Positions 12,324 through 25,636 of a stretch of 64,000 nucleotides of DNA are shown in pieces. Every line of letters starts with the position of its first letter. Position 1 is the stretch's first letter. The stretch lies in assembly GCA_049999805.1 (NCBI GenBank), contig JBNGIO010006013.1:102336-166335 (forward strand), read 5' to 3'. Under the pieces are notes generated by a model. That model saw only the letters and a program-made list of their open reading frames with translations, was not told where the DNA came from and ran no database searches. The translations under genes were made by a program, and so were the position numbers. The stretch comes from Folioceros fuciformis. Taxonomy: Eukaryota.

Positions 12324-13729
12324 CTGGTGACACCTCCCCGCTCTGACCGCCAGGTGCCGGCCCGACCCGGGCCGATTTTTGCAGATATGTAACATTAAAA
12401 TTTTGGAGCAAAGGGAAGGGGCACGGTCACGGTGAATACTGAGCTGGAGTGGCAGACACCAGAATGAAGGCGGCAAAAGACGTTTCCTGTCGCGTAGCGA
12501 GGGGAGAGGGTTTCGCGCCTCCGGCGCCGTGAGGGAGACTAACCCGCTGCTCCCACGACGGGCGATTCGTGTTGCGGGGACCCCCGCTCCCTCGGCGCGC
12601 TGCTCTGATCTTCTCTCCCACGGCTGTCAAGATCGGCTCAAGCCGATCGGAGAATCCGAGCTCTGCGATATGGGCTAAGACGAAATCGCCTCCTCAACAG
12701 GGGTTTTCGACTTTCCTGCGCTCTTCGTTCTTCGTTTACCGTGTCAGCAGAGAGCTTCCCTGTGCTGTTTATATTAAACCATTCGTTGCTGTGCTTTCCC
12801 GTGCTGTTTTTTTATGCATTCACAGTGTCAGAGGCAGAGCAGTGGAGCGGCGGGAAACCAGAATGGGAATGGCTGGGAGGCTGGAGCATATCAGCCGGCA
12901 CGTGCAAGCCAGCCTGCTGGAGCTTCTCCTCATCCACTCCTTATCATCACATCAGGGCCGGGTTGCGAGGGACTGGACTACCGTAGGTCCGTAGGCTCAA
13001 GGGGACCAGCGCACTGTGCAGTAAAGCATCGGCAGGCTCCACCCCGGGCGTGCTGAAAAGGACACGCTCTTCCCCTGGCACCGCTTACGTGCATATTAAA
13101 CCGGGGCTCGCTCTCCTACAGCTGGCTCTCCTCATTTCCACCCTGTCCAGAAGCTTCCGGCGCACTTTCTTCCGTCTCGCTTCGATTCATCAGCTCAGCC
13201 CTTTTCACATGGCCTATCTTCCCTTTGCTTTTGTGCGACATCTGAACGAACGCTATCCACCTCTGTTATGTACATACCCCTTTTATGTCTTCTATTCGAA
13301 TCTCAAGTAGGTACTGTCCCTAGCGTGCCGTCTTCGGCAGGTAACTCAAACTTTCTTTCTAGCCTGCATAGGATTCTCTCCTCTACTGTGGTTGATACTT
13401 GGTGATGTCTCTACTCTGGTTGATACTTGGTGATGTTTAATGTGATAAACCTTCTCCACATTCAAATATTTTGCAACATCTTGCCCCACATCCTTGCCAA
13501 ACATAAGTACTACAAGTTTCTCCTTGGCACTGTCAAGCGAGCCATATGAATACTCCATACCTCCTCATGATTTCCAACCCTAGCATATACAAAGATCCCA
13601 TTAAACTATAGCAACTACAAGATTTGTTCTATGAGATTTATCAATATGCCAAACTTACTTAACCAACTACAAGATTTGTTCTATGAGATTTATCAATATG
13701 CCAAACTTACTTAACCAACTACCGTTCAA

Positions 13730-14430
13730 GAACCCTACACCTACTTGTGCACCTCATCTTTTAGAAGTTATCCATTCAGATATATGCGGACCCATCAGCA
13801 CTACCTCTTTGAGTGGCCACTCTTCATTAGTTTTCTGTTTGAGTGGAGTAGGTATTGCCATATCTATTTCCTTCGTCATAAGGATAAAGCTCTTGCTCGC
13901 TTCTAAGAGTTTCTCTTATTCGTTGAAAGAAAGACAAGTTTCCGACTTGTCACCCTACATACAGACAACGGAGATGAGTACACTAGTCAAGCTTTCAAAA
14001 ACTTTTATCTATCCAAGGGAGTTCATTGCTAGTTAGCCGTGCCTTACACTCCTTCCTAAAACCCTTTTGCTGAATATATGCATCATTCTCTTCTTGAGAT
14101 CTCCTGCTTTTTGCTCAAATTGCCATCTCTCTCCAAGGGTTTTTGGGCTGAGGTTGTTTCTACTTCCATATACCTAAAAAATAGACTCCTCACTAAAGAA
14201 CTTCCCTACACCACTCCTTATAAATGATGGTGTGGTTGTACACCATGGGTCTCTCACCTTTGTATCTTTAGTAGTCCTGCTTTTGCATATATCCCAGATG
14301 CAACAAGAGAAAAATGGGATGCCAAAGCCAACAATTTGCTGTTCATCGATGAAGGTAAAGCCTATAAGCTCTTCAACCCCCTCACTAGAGAGCTAACTTT
14401 CTCTCGTAGCGTGCATTTTAATGAATCCTA
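13730..14430 (+). pseudogene. Degenerate Copia integrase fragment
   Basis: LLEVIHSDICGP, TDNGDEY-like and FWAEVVSTSIYLKNRL-like motifs with stops and frameshifts. Confidence 0.8.
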
Positions 14431-15477
14431 TATTTTCCATTGCTACTTTTGTGGTTCCTCTACTTCTTAACCTCTCCTTGCACCTAACATACATGGTCAC
14501 TCTCTCTATCAAGCCCCTCTTGCTTTTGAGGGGGCCACCATACACGAAGATAAAGATATCCATATCCAATGATTAGTAAGGAATCTTACTTCGGAATTGG
14601 CTTAGCGACTCTAGCCGAAGAGGCTTAGTAGAAGTATCCTTCAAGGGGACTACTGTAAGCTTCTTTTGGATCAGCTTCAAGGGGAAGTGTAACGACAACA
14701 AAGGATCTAATATGATGCTGATAGATCTAAAGTTACGATTTAATTATGTAATATAATTCAATCACCTATGAAGCCTCTGAAACTAAATGTTAATTTAAAG
14801 TAATAGGAATGATGTTCTCCCTCTGTTTTTTTAGTGGTGGCCTTCTTTCATCAATGCATATCCATTGCTTTGTAAAGAGCATTGGCTAATGCAGTTTTTA
14901 GAATAGGACCAAGTGTAGATCAAGCGGCCTCCTCACCTCCGGTGGTAAACAGGTCTTTGTTATTCCACATCATTACATTTTGGGAGCATCATTACATTTT
15001 GGGAGCAATAGACAATTTTCAAGACTGATGTTAGAAGGGGCTTCCTTCTCCAATCTTTGGAGTAGATGGAACTTTTCATCTTTTGTTTTTTCAATAATAA
15101 AAAAAACCCTAATAATTTATAATTTAATACCCTAAAATACAATAATAAAAAAATAGTATAATTTGTAGCAGGTGGTTGTGTCCACATCCCCTGTTACAGT
15201 ATTATTTGTAGGAGGTAGTCGTGTCCACATTCCGTGTTACGCATCCGCCCCCTCATTATGTCCACTTAATCTGAGCACGGAAAATAAATTTACTCAACTA
15301 CGGGTCCAAGTTACCATTGACTCAGTAAGACAGTAGGAAGGTGTGTGCCATTGGAAGTACCTTTTGAAAGACCTCTTGGATGCGGTTCGACAAAGGGCCT
15401 ACTGAGTTCGTCTAAGACTACCTGGGCACATTGTATCCTAAAAGTGCAAAACGAGATCACGTTCCGTTTGTTTGCAG

Positions 15478-18400
15478 CTACTTCCGAATCATGTTCCTGA
15501 AGTCTTCGTTTGACTTGGGGGGTGAATCATCCGCAGGCTTCCCTTTACCAGCACTCCAACCCAGGGGTCTGATTACTGCGCGAGGGACTGCAAACGTATT
15601 GCTGCCCTTGAGCTCAACATGGCCTCCTCGTCGGTGGCCCACGATGTTACTAGCCCCACGGCCCCTCACACCAAACAAAGACGGAGCATCCTCACTCTCC
15701 TCCTTCCCAGGCCGGCCTAGAAAGCCACCACGCCTCTCACGACCACCTCTGCCAGCTCCAGATCCTGTTCCACCCCGACCATCCATGTCAAACGCCATGT
15801 TTGCCATTCTCACCGAGCAGATACTTGCCACAATCTCACAACCTGACCTTTCTCCTTTGGATTGGAGCGTGCAATACTGATCCGCCGTCCCATAAACTGC
15901 TCTCCGTCTTTTGCAATGGCAGACGATACATAGTCATCAGTCTCGAACTCCACATATGCAAATCCCTGACGCAAAGTCGAGCGAGGGTCATTCCAACCGC
16001 CTGAGGAGACCGAACTCTCAGGAACTCATGAAACGAGGTCCTGCTCCTTACCCGGGACCTTCCCGTGCTCTTGTCCTTAATAAGCCGAACATCCTTCACA
16101 CCTCCGCTGGACGCAAAGAACTCTTTCAAATCCTCCTTCCCCGTCTGCAACGTCAACAACACAGGCAGGTGATGTGGTGGGACTGCATGGTGCCATAGAC
16201 GACGACAACACCCTCCTCTAATCCAGCAAGCTCAGTGGCAAAGACTCTAGCACTCTCCACCATCTTACCCACCTCAAATCGGAGGTTTTTGACAAACACA
16301 ACGCACTGCTCTATACCATCCGCAACGTCTGCAGAGGACACTTTTTGTTTTCCAGTGTTGGCGGCAGCCGTTTCCTGCTCCCCTGATCCCAGCTCCTCGC
16401 CACCCATCACAATGTCCTGCTGCTTCGATGCATTATTACCCTTGCTATTGTCTGCTCCGTCGACAGTTTCACGTTTGGCAATTTTAGGACGCTTCTTAGG
16501 GACAGTATCTTTCTTGAGAACAGTTTCTCGATAGCCGGGTCCACGTTTCCGTTTTGCGGCATCCGCCCCTGAATTGCTTGCAGGAGATTTCTTGCCTAGT
16601 GCCAACTTCCCATCGGTGTAGCCGTCCTTAACTCGTTGATGCAGTGCTGCGGCTTTAGATTCTTGTTGAGATAACATTGCCTTCACTTCATTGACACGAG
16701 GTCCTACCTGTATATCCCAGGAAAAATCCATCCAACATGAGAAGTCCTGACAGTTCTGGCATTTTCTCAAACTGAAACAAGGGAAAAAAGTTTACACCTT
16801 CAGCAGTGCTCTGTCATAGTCCTCCAAGGAGCCATGCTCTCGCTCAAAACGCAGCCACGCATCACACAAAATCTGGTCAAGAGCACTGAATATGTGTGAT
16901 CAGCTCAGACTGGGCAACATAGCTTAAAGCTATCAAAAGCTGGGGGCACCCCATCTCGCTGGCCATGACTACTACAGGCAACTGTTCATAAAAACAGTTC
17001 AAACATACTGCATGTCACTAACCTCAGTTCCCTGATTTTCAAACCGTCTGCTGTAGCACCTTTTGTAAATTGCCCTTGCTTCCTCCAGATTATTCAAGGC
17101 AATCTCCATGGCAATGTACCCTTGCCAAGCTTCAACCATCCGGCCACTGCTTGACAAGAGATATCAAGGATCATCACAGAACCCATCAGTCACCCACATA
17201 ATTTTCACGAGACTGCAGCATCTCATTAGCTTAAGTGGTTACTTTCCAGCTTCAGCCACAGACCTGGATTTCAACAAACTTTCCCATACTCCACGAGCTG
17301 CAGCCAAATCCTTGTTTGCCCTTGCTTCCACATCTGCCCAATAAACATGGACTTGCAGCAAGCGATCCCAAAGTTCCGGATAAGGGGATAGAAAGCTCAC
17401 AGAGCGCTGCACCACATCAACAGCTGCGTCAACTTCCCACAGCCTCGTGCCGGTAAATTCCGAGTGTCATGTTTAAGATGAAGGATTAACTTACTTCAAA
17501 TATTTCACGCAACATTGCCACATCATGATGGCTGGGTGACGCTTTCATCATTTGCCGCCGTAGTCCATCAGCACGTGTTAAAAACAAATCCAGATGCTGC
17601 ACACAAAAACACAGCAATAAATTGAGGCCATTCTAACCCACCAGCCTCATGGTAACATCTCTCCAACATCATAAGCGCACCTAGCTGCAATGCAGATCAA
17701 GAAGGCAATACCACTAGTGGAGATTCAAATGAAATTTGCACGCACTGTTCAAAAACCTGCACAAAAAGTAAGGCATAAGCATCTGTACAACAAGAACTTA
17801 CACGAAGACATCGCATGTAAGCCTAATTATGTACACCAGACCCAGCGTCATGACCATGTTTCGTGCTGACAAACAGGAATCATACTGAAGATATCTGAGT
17901 CTCTGGAAAAGAGTGACGCTCCAGAGCTAAGAGGTACTTGCTCCATAACGTGCTCACCCATGGGCAATTGCGCACAGCCCTAGCATATACAGATATGATG
18001 ATTGACGCAACCTGCAAATGTCGCACAGCGACTAGGGTTCATAAGCGAAGCACACGGTTCACAAAGTGTTTTACCAAATAAAAATGTAATCTAGCACATT
18101 CAGCTGAATGTGCTACATTCTTTGTCCTACAACAGTTTACGGTGAAGTCTGTAGCATAAATCGGTGCCTCTTCCTTTTTTTCCGTGGACAAAGCCTCATG
18201 CAACAGTCAAGTCCAGCAGTACCTTCAGGTTGGTCTCCAAGTACTCTGTATATTTCGTCCATAGTTCGGCAGTCACTGGAAACACTGCCAGGGCCCTTTC
18301 ATAGAGGATTTGCACGCGTGATGGGTCACAATCGCCATTTTCTTCTGCCACGATGTATTCCTGGATATGCCGACCAAATGGATCATCATGAGATCTCCAA

Positions 18401-19837
18401 ACTCTCAACACAGATAGCCCTCAGAGACGTAAGGGCAGCAATTCCCCTGCTGAAATGTATTAAAAGGAGACAGTGAATAAGAGCAACATCTAGTCTGTAC
18501 CATGAAATCCTTTAGGAGCTCTCCATCTGCAAGCTTCCTATCAGCCACCCTTTCCTCAAAGGGTTGACGACTCTCCAACACCTGGGCAGCCTTTTTATAT
18601 GCAATCACCACACTGGACGGAACACCAGATAGTTCATCACCGTCAGCCCCGACGACATTCCCTTGTTCCTGCTCCCATGCTTTATACTCCTCAAGTGTCT
18701 CTTCATGGTTGGCTAAAGGAACTGTAAGCTCACGATGAAATAGGCTCCGAACACACTCTGTCTGCTTCAACTTCACCTGTCATTCCAGGCAAAAAAAATA
18801 AACAGCGTGCATCTAGGATAACAGAGTTGTTGCGGAGGTGTTGGCAGAAAGATGTGACCAATTTGTCATACCTCCGCACTGCAGTCAGCTAATGCCAGCA
18901 AGACAGCCTGCTCAAATTCACGATAGGCTCCCCAAACTTTCACACCCTCCGTAATATGAAGACCTGCGGCACTAAGAGCCCGTTCAAACAGTTTCCTCAT
19001 TTTTGTGAGGCCCTCTTGAGAGCATTGTGCCACACTCACATCGTGCTCCTCCACAAAGTCTAAGTATTGCAGCCATAAGGGTGTAGACTGCATGACATCC
19101 CAAAATATTCCTTTAATACGGACACGAACATGAGCAGAAACAAATCTACAGAAGGAGCTGTCTCACATTGTAAAATAATTCAAACAGCCTGCTAGCTATC
19201 GCATCCCAGAAAGCAAATAGCAAAGATCAGCACCAGATACTCTGAAACGCCTCGTTCATACAAAGCTTCCACTGCCAAGAAATCTTCGGGGCTGCAGGAA
19301 ATTTCAAACAGGATGAGGAAGGTTATTTGCGAACGTCAGACATTTAATCGCCGAGACAACCCCAGACGAAATCCCATCCATAAGCCGGGAAAGGGGCTTC
19401 TAGGACCGCACTCGGACGCAATTCGAGCTTCATCCGACGTCCACTCCAGCCACAAAGTAGGAATGAGAGGGAAACGTGCACTCATAGCCTCCCTGGCAGC
19501 CCTCAGCTTTTCCAGCAGGCCAGCTTTTCTGAGAGCGGCAATGTACTGCAACCAAGCAGGTGCGAGTCAAGCGATGTGACGGCAAAATTGCAACACACCT
19601 TAGGGAATCGCAATCCGAACACATGCTGACCTGTACGTGAGCCTCATAGCTAGTGGGATCTTTGCTGAGAACCGTCTCCAGCTGCTCCACCAGCTCTAGG
19701 CTGGCTTTGTCATCCTCCTGATCAGAATCATCGCTCGAATCCGCATCCGTCCCGGACTCATGCTCTCCCCCCGCCACCTTGCAGTCCAGGTCGGAGCTGG
19801 CAGCGTCCATGGAAACGTCCTTGTCCTCAGAAGCCAT
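15478..19837 (-). CDS. SART3: SART3/Prp24 U4/U6 recycling factor (HAT repeats, RRM, LSm-interacting tail), multi-exon
   Basis: HAT-repeat exons (LWLEW, LFERAL, LYERALAVFP), RRM (VFVKNL...VRLIKDKSTGRSR) and C-terminal PKSNEDFRNM. Internal exon boundaries not all resolved. Confidence 0.9.
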
Positions 19838-19990
19838 CACTTACTACTGTCTCTTAACGACAAGGGCACTGCGCGGGAGTGAGAATTTGGATGGGAGGGT
19901 TTTAGCCCGTTCAACCACGTTAGGGCGCAAGAAACGATCGTTTGAGAAGAAATTCTAAGCTCAAAGATCCCACATGGAATGTCGATAACG

Positions 19991-20748
19991 ATGGCTTCCC
20001 TCCTTCAGTCCAGGTTGGTGTCCCAGCTGAATACCAGGCGTCATGCGATGGCGTTTCTTCACCGGAGGTGGTTCAAGGAGAAGGTGGCCCCGGCGCAGTA
20101 CCTGTTCAAATGGATCGACATAGACACGAGCCACATGCCTCCGCCACTGCCTTCCGACGTGCACTTCTTCGCCGACTGGAACGCTTACAGGGTAAGACGA
20201 GAAGAGATGGGCCAACCGTGCTTCATTCCATTCCAGCAAGCTGTGGGTGGTGTGTGGGCGTCCGCTTACACTGCAGTGGGTGACGGGTACAGGTGATGTG
20301 TAAGTTCCACATCGAGGACGACGAGTGGGTCGCGCGGAGCCTGCACGACGGCAGGATGCATGTGGCGGTGGTGTGGGGGCCTCACGAATGCCACCTCATC
20401 CCGGGGTGGCGGCGATACATACCTGACTTGGACCAGAAGTCGGCGGCGTACGAGATGATGCAGGACTGCGGGTTCGACACTCCCCACGATTGGATGTCTG
20501 CCATAGCCTTCCAAGCGGCACTGGCAACCCAGTCCGAGGACCCTCGGGCCCAGCCTCGCGCTTTCCTCACGGCCAACAGGCGCTTCTGGAAATTCGTCGT
20601 GAGGGAGTTCTGCCGGCAGAGCAAGGACGCGGATGTGCCAGACCTGCTCTCGGATCCAGCTCCTAATCCCCTCTTTTGCCGCCTGTTCGTGCCCACCGAG
20701 TGGGGTACGGAAGAGGTGAAGCAAGAGTGCCCTTGGGCTGTGGAGTGA
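19991..20748 (+). CDS. Orphan protein (~218 aa) with a possible mitochondrial presequence
   Basis: Two ORFs join in frame through a predicted phase-0 GT-AG intron at 20192-20292. GC-rich third positions. No family recognised. Confidence 0.55.
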
Positions 20749-21867
20749 GCTCGTGGGTTTCATCATCTGAGCTGGGATTCACACCATCCACAGATCTGTG
20801 CTGTAAGGACTCCCAGGTCGCTCTTGGTCATCGCTCCGGGTAAGTGTCTGCTTGTAATCTGATGCATTGGGCCCATACCTGCACTTGGTCGCAGAGATCA
20901 TGGAGCCGGGTTTCAAGCTGTTCAGTTAGCTTGGGCCGGGCGAGCTTCAGCTCAGGAGGAGGATCCTCCTGGCCAGAACGAAGAAGCCGGATTCGAATGG
21001 TGTCAAATTGGTTTCCTCTCCCACTGCATACCACACTACCTACATATTTTCCCTACATACCCTTAATAACATAACAAGGGCCAAAACTGAAGGACGAACT
21101 ACTTGGGGTGTGTTTGAGTTGATTGTCGGGGGTGTCGTTGTGGGGCAGGCAGCGGATGGAAGACGAGGATACGCTTATCTTTCCTAAAGTAGAGACTAGC
21201 CCCAAGTTAATCTAAGCGGGGTCCAGCAGCAACTCTGCTTGAAGTACGAACAATTCTGTAAGCTAAGGTTTTCTTTCCCATGCCTGTGTCGGGAGCAAGT
21301 ATTCCAGGGAGGAGCTCTCTGCCACAGATCATACCATCACATTATCCAGCCAGGGAATGTGGAATGCAAGATGTTTGGCAATCTACGCTACCCGTCAACA
21401 TGGAGATTTAGCATGGCCCCCTGACTTCCCAGACGCAGGCCCCCGGATGGGCTTCTCAGTGAGCGCTAGGGAATGGCTGCTCGCTCTTGCTCATGGCTCT
21501 GGTTTCTGTACACGCGAAGTCACTGTGTTCAAGACCGCTTCCGAGCTACCTACTTCAACAACACATACTCGGCCGATGTTTATTCAGAGTGTTTTTACTG
21601 TAGGAGTGTTACAATTTATTTACATATCTATCTGGCCCGTGTACAAGTCTAGTGTATCAGACAACTGGAAGGATGGTAGTCATCTTCTTCGCGTTGGCTA
21701 GCTGCTGGGCCTCCAGGCTCCTGTTAGGCTGAGCTATCTCTCAAGTCTGTCTGCACGGGCGGGATTGCTCCGGTACTTCGTACGTAAGATTATGGAATTA
21801 AGGGGGATCATGTGCTGGAATCTGCAACGACGAACCAGCAGGCCTGATTTAAACTCTGCCAGGATCC

Positions 21868-24819
21868 CTAACCAGTGTTCTGCATCCCAGCAGCAATACC
21901 CTTCATGGTGAGAATCAAGGTGTCGATCAACGTGTCCTCCAGCCCAGGAGGATACTGGGTGGTAGAATTGAGCGGCACCGGGTCAGCAGCGGGCGGGGCC
22001 GAGGCCGAGGCTAGGTCCGCACCATCAACTGGATTCCGGACACACACCCGTGATTTCTCGTCACGCATCCTCTTCAACGTGTACGCCTGCTGCACGTTGA
22101 GGGCCGTGATGTAGGGGTCCCTGAGCCGGAGCCTCTGCTTCAAGGTAGGATTTCCGGCAAGGATATCCCCATGTCCCGCCACCTTCAAGAGAAGCTCCTT
22201 GGCCTCGTCGTACTTGGCCCGCATCGTGGCACCCAACTCATGCAGCTCATCCGACACCAGCAAATTATCGTACAAGGTAGCGATCCTGGGGTCCCCCTTG
22301 GCGAACACCATCTCAATTAAGTCGATGGTAACTCTGAAGAACGGCCATTCTTGGTACATGCTCCGCAATGTGTCAAGATTGCGAGGGCTCTTGTCCAGGG
22401 CCGTCCTGAAGGCCGCCCCGAGTCCCAGCCACACAGGCAAATGGAACCGCGTCTGCGTCCATGCGAAAATCCACGGGATCGCCCTCAGCGACTCGATGCC
22501 TCCGCTGGGTCTCCGCTTGGAAGGTCTGCTCCCGATGTTCATCCGGCCGAACTCCAGCTCCGGGGTCGCCGCCCGAAAGTACTGAACGAACCTGGGGTCC
22601 CCGAAAACCAGGGCCCGGTACTCCCCCGTAGCCTCAACCGCCATAGCATCCATGAGCGCCCGCCACTCTGGCCTCGGCGACACTGGGGGCCGCATCCCGT
22701 GCTCCAGCGTCGCGGCTGTGAACCGCTGCAAAGTCCGGAAGCACAAATGCTCTTCCCCGAACGACTGCTCGATCACCTCGCCCTGGATGGTCACCCGCAG
22801 CGACCCGTTGATGGTGTCCGGGGGCTGCGACAGGATAGCGAGATGCGTCGGCCCGCCTCCTCGGCCCACCGTCCCGCCCCGGCCGTGGAAGATGGTGAGC
22901 TTCACACCATACTGCTTCGCTACATTCACCATGCTCTCCTGCGCCTTGAACATGGCCCAGGCCGCGGTCAGCCTCCCTGCGTCCTTCCCGGAATCCGAGT
23001 ACCCGATCATCACCTCCTGCTGCCCGGCGATCCGCGCCAGGTACCAGTCGCTGGAGAAGAGACGTTCCAGCGACGCAGACGCCGACTCCAAGTCCGCCAG
23101 CTTCTCAAACAACGGCACTACCCGCAGCGGCCTGGGCACCCCGCACTCCCTTTGCAGCAGCTCCACCACCAGCACGTCGGACGGCGCCGTGGCCATGGAT
23201 ATGACATACGCCCCGAGGGAATCCCGAGGAAGCTTGGCCACCGTCCGGATAGTGTCCAGCACGTCCTTTATCTCCTCCGTCATGGGCAGATCTCCGCCGA
23301 ACAACGGCCGCTTCCCTCGCAGCTCCGCAAGCAGCCATTCCTGCCGCTTCTCCTCGCTCCAGCCCCGGTACGAGCCCAGCTCCAGGTGCATAGTGATGGC
23401 GTCCATGACATCCGTGTGCCTGTCCGATTCCTGCCGGATGTCCAGCTTCACCAGGGACAGCCCGAAGCAGGCCACCTGCCGGATGAAGTCCAGCAGGCTC
23501 CCGTCAGCGATGGCCTTGTCGCCGGTGGAACACAGGGAGCGGTAGCATAGCTCCAGCGGCTCCAGGAGCTGATCAGTGGATGAGAAGGTTTCATTAGCCG
23601 GGATGTCGGACTTGCCTGCAGCCAGGGTCCGGCGGATGTACTCCCGAGTGTAGTAGAGCCTGGCTCGCACGTCGCCAAGAATCACCCGGTAGGGTTCCCC
23701 AGAAGGAATTTGCTTCCAGAACTCGATGTAGTCCGTGGGGTCCTTCTTGAAGACGCCCTCCAGGGATGCCACCCGGGAGCGAAGCTCGTCGCTGCACCGC
23801 CACATGGAGAGCTCGAACATGAGGTTGTCCAGCTGCGATAAGTGGAGATTGATGGCCATGAGGCGCGCGAGGAGGCAGACATCACGGGTGACCTCGGGCG
23901 TCACCCTGGGGTTTCCGTCCCGATCCCCTCCCATCCAGGAGGAAAATTGGATGAGCGGGACGTGGTAGGGCAGTCGCTCCGGCACCCCGATGCGGCGGAG
24001 AGCCGTGTCCACCCGGCGGAGGAAGCGCGGAAGTCCTTTCCAGATGGTCTCGTGGAAGTAGCTCATGCCGGCGCGCATCTCGTCTTGCGGCGTGGGCGGG
24101 GTGCGTCGGATCTCGTCGGTGCGGAAGGCGGCCTGGATCTCTCGCTGCAGCGCCTCGGACAGCTCTTGTCGCTCGTGCGTATCTTCCTCCCCGTCCTCGG
24201 CCCGCGCGGATAGGCTAGAGCGGTGGAGCTGGGACAGGAAGCTGCGGATGCGGCCGTGCTTCTGGAGGAGGGAGCGGCGCACAGACTGCGTGGGGTGCGC
24301 CGTGAGCACCAGGTCCACCGTCTGGTTCTTGAGTGCCTCGAAGATGTCCTGCGGGCTCCGACCCAGGCGGAGGAGCGTGGCAAATGTGTCATCCAAGTCC
24401 GACTCCGTCAATGCTGAGCCCTCGTCCAAGATGCCACCCGAGCGAGTCTTGAGCGCACGGCGACGGAGCGCAATCTGCACCTGCTCCGCCAGGTTGCCCA
24501 GGTTCAGCATGTGGGACAGGGAACTGGCCACCACGATGGAGACTCCCGGTTCCAGCGCGCCCATCACCTCCCCGAGCAGCTGCAGGATACGTGGGTCATT
24601 TGTCTGATTGTATTGGCCCGACAACTCGTAGCACCAGACCACCACCTCTTGCACCTTCTCCCCATGCAGCTCCCGGAGCACGTCCAGAAAGCGGTCGAGC
24701 AACAACCCCTCCGATTCCACCAGCGTGTCATCCTCCGATACCTTCTTGGGTGCCAAGAGCCGCATCCGCGCGTTCATGCTAGACGACTTCTCCAACCCCG
24801 CGTCCGACCTCATCGCCAT
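21868..24819 (-). CDS. PPC: Phosphoenolpyruvate carboxylase, plant-type, single exon
   Basis: Uninterrupted ORF with [54 protein letters not shown] and C-terminal MQNTG. Start codon uncertain (24819, 24813 or an upstream ATG). Confidence 0.97.
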   Translation of the reverse strand: MAMRSDAGLEKSSSMNARMRLLAPKKVSEDDTLVESEGLLLDRFLDVLRELHGEKVQEVVVWCYELSGQYNQTNDPRILQLLGEVMGALEPGVSIVVASSLSHMLNLGNLAEQVQIALRRRALKTRSGGILDEGSALTESDLDDTFATLLRLGRSPQDIFEALKNQTVDLVLTAHPTQSVRRSLLQKHGRIRSFLSQLHRSSLSARAEDGEEDTHERQELSEALQREIQAAFRTDEIRRTPPTPQDEMRAGMSYFHETIWKGLPRFLRRVDTALRRIGVPERLPYHVPLIQFSSWMGGDRDGNPRVTPEVTRDVCLLARLMAINLHLSQLDNLMFELSMWRCSDELRSRVASLEGVFKKDPTDYIEFWKQIPSGEPYRVILGDVRARLYYTREYIRRTLAAGKSDIPANETFSSTDQLLEPLELCYRSLCSTGDKAIADGSLLDFIRQVACFGLSLVKLDIRQESDRHTDVMDAITMHLELGSYRGWSEEKRQEWLLAELRGKRPLFGGDLPMTEEIKDVLDTIRTVAKLPRDSLGAYVISMATAPSDVLVVELLQRECGVPRPLRVVPLFEKLADLESASASLERLFSSDWYLARIAGQQEVMIGYSDSGKDAGRLTAAWAMFKAQESMVNVAKQYGVKLTIFHGRGGTVGRGGGPTHLAILSQPPDTINGSLRVTIQGEVIEQSFGEEHLCFRTLQRFTAATLEHGMRPPVSPRPEWRALMDAMAVEATGEYRALVFGDPRFVQYFRAATPELEFGRMNIGSRPSKRRPSGGIESLRAIPWIFAWTQTRFHLPVWLGLGAAFRTALDKSPRNLDTLRSMYQEWPFFRVTIDLIEMVFAKGDPRIATLYDNLLVSDELHELGATMRAKYDEAKELLLKVAGHGDILAGNPTLKQRLRLRDPYITALNVQQAYTLKRMRDEKSRVCVRNPVDGADLASASAPPAADPVPLNSTTQYPPGLEDTLIDTLILTMKGIAAGMQNTG

Positions 24820-24902
24820 CCCCACGTCCTTGCACCCGATGCAACCTGCATACATGCCGCTCCGCCTCTTGCCTCCTACAACCCTTGCTCTCCCTCTCCA
24901 GT

Positions 24903-25636
24903 CCAGATGGTTCAAACAAACACACAGCAATGATTTAAGGCCCTGCTAACTCAGCAGGTAACATCTCTCCAACATCGTGAGCGCACCTAGCAGCAATGCA
25001 GATCAAGAAGGTACTACATCTCACTGATGATGACTCAAATGCAGCCTGTACAAAATGTGAGGCATAACCATCTACACGACAGGAACCGACACACAACCTT
25101 CGCATGTACGCCTAATCATGTTCACCAAACCCAGCGACGTGAAAATGCTTGGCGATAACGAGAAGGAAATCATACTGACGATATCTGAGTCTCTGGAAGG
25201 GAGTACCGCTCCAGAGCTAAGAGGTACTCGCTCCATTATGTGCCCATCCATCGACAGGTGCGCTCTGCCCCAACGACGCAGACAGCTATGATGATTGAAG
25301 GAACATGTAGCACGACGCACAGTGACTTTAAACCCGGTGAACAAGCACAAATCTCACACAGCCTTCGACATGAGAAAAATGTGATTGAACAGAGACAGCT
25401 CTTCTGTAGGTCCTCACGTTGGTCTCTAAGTGCCTTGTGCATGTCGCCCATACTTGGGCAGTCACTGGAAACACTACTGCCAGGGCCAGGGCAGAGGGAA
25501 GGTGAATCCAAGATAACACGGTTGAGCAGGTCTGTTCGCAGAAAGGCGCTACCCATCTGTTCATTCAGGCCTCTGCGCTGAAGTTGGCAAATGCCAGCAA
25601 GACAGCTAGCTCAAATTCACGATAGGCGTCCCAAAC
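24903..25636 (-). pseudogene. Decayed partial genomic duplicate of SART3 (~17590-18937, with an internal deletion)
   Basis: Collinear matches, e.g. ggtaacatctctccaacatc (17651/24957), gatatctgagtctctggaa (17890/25180), cagtcactggaaacact (18270/25459) and aatgccagcaagacagc (18891/25590). Intron sequence also aligns. Confidence 0.9.

Noticed and set aside
12995-13080. miR408-like words (ctcttcccctggc with a partly complementary upstream arm)
   Set aside because: The 5' half does not match the mature miRNA and the stem is poor.
19967-19977. snRNA USE-like motif atcccacatgg
   Set aside because: One mismatch, no correctly spaced TATA box and no snRNA sequence downstream.
21868-24819. Bacterial origin or C4-type PEPC
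   Set aside because: The N-terminal phospho-Ser motif and QNTG end are plant-type. The C4-diagnostic Ser and Gly substitutions are absent.
22199-24933. Long plus-strand ORFs (399, 297 and 180 aa)
   Set aside because: Antisense shadows of the GC-rich PEPC coding sequence.
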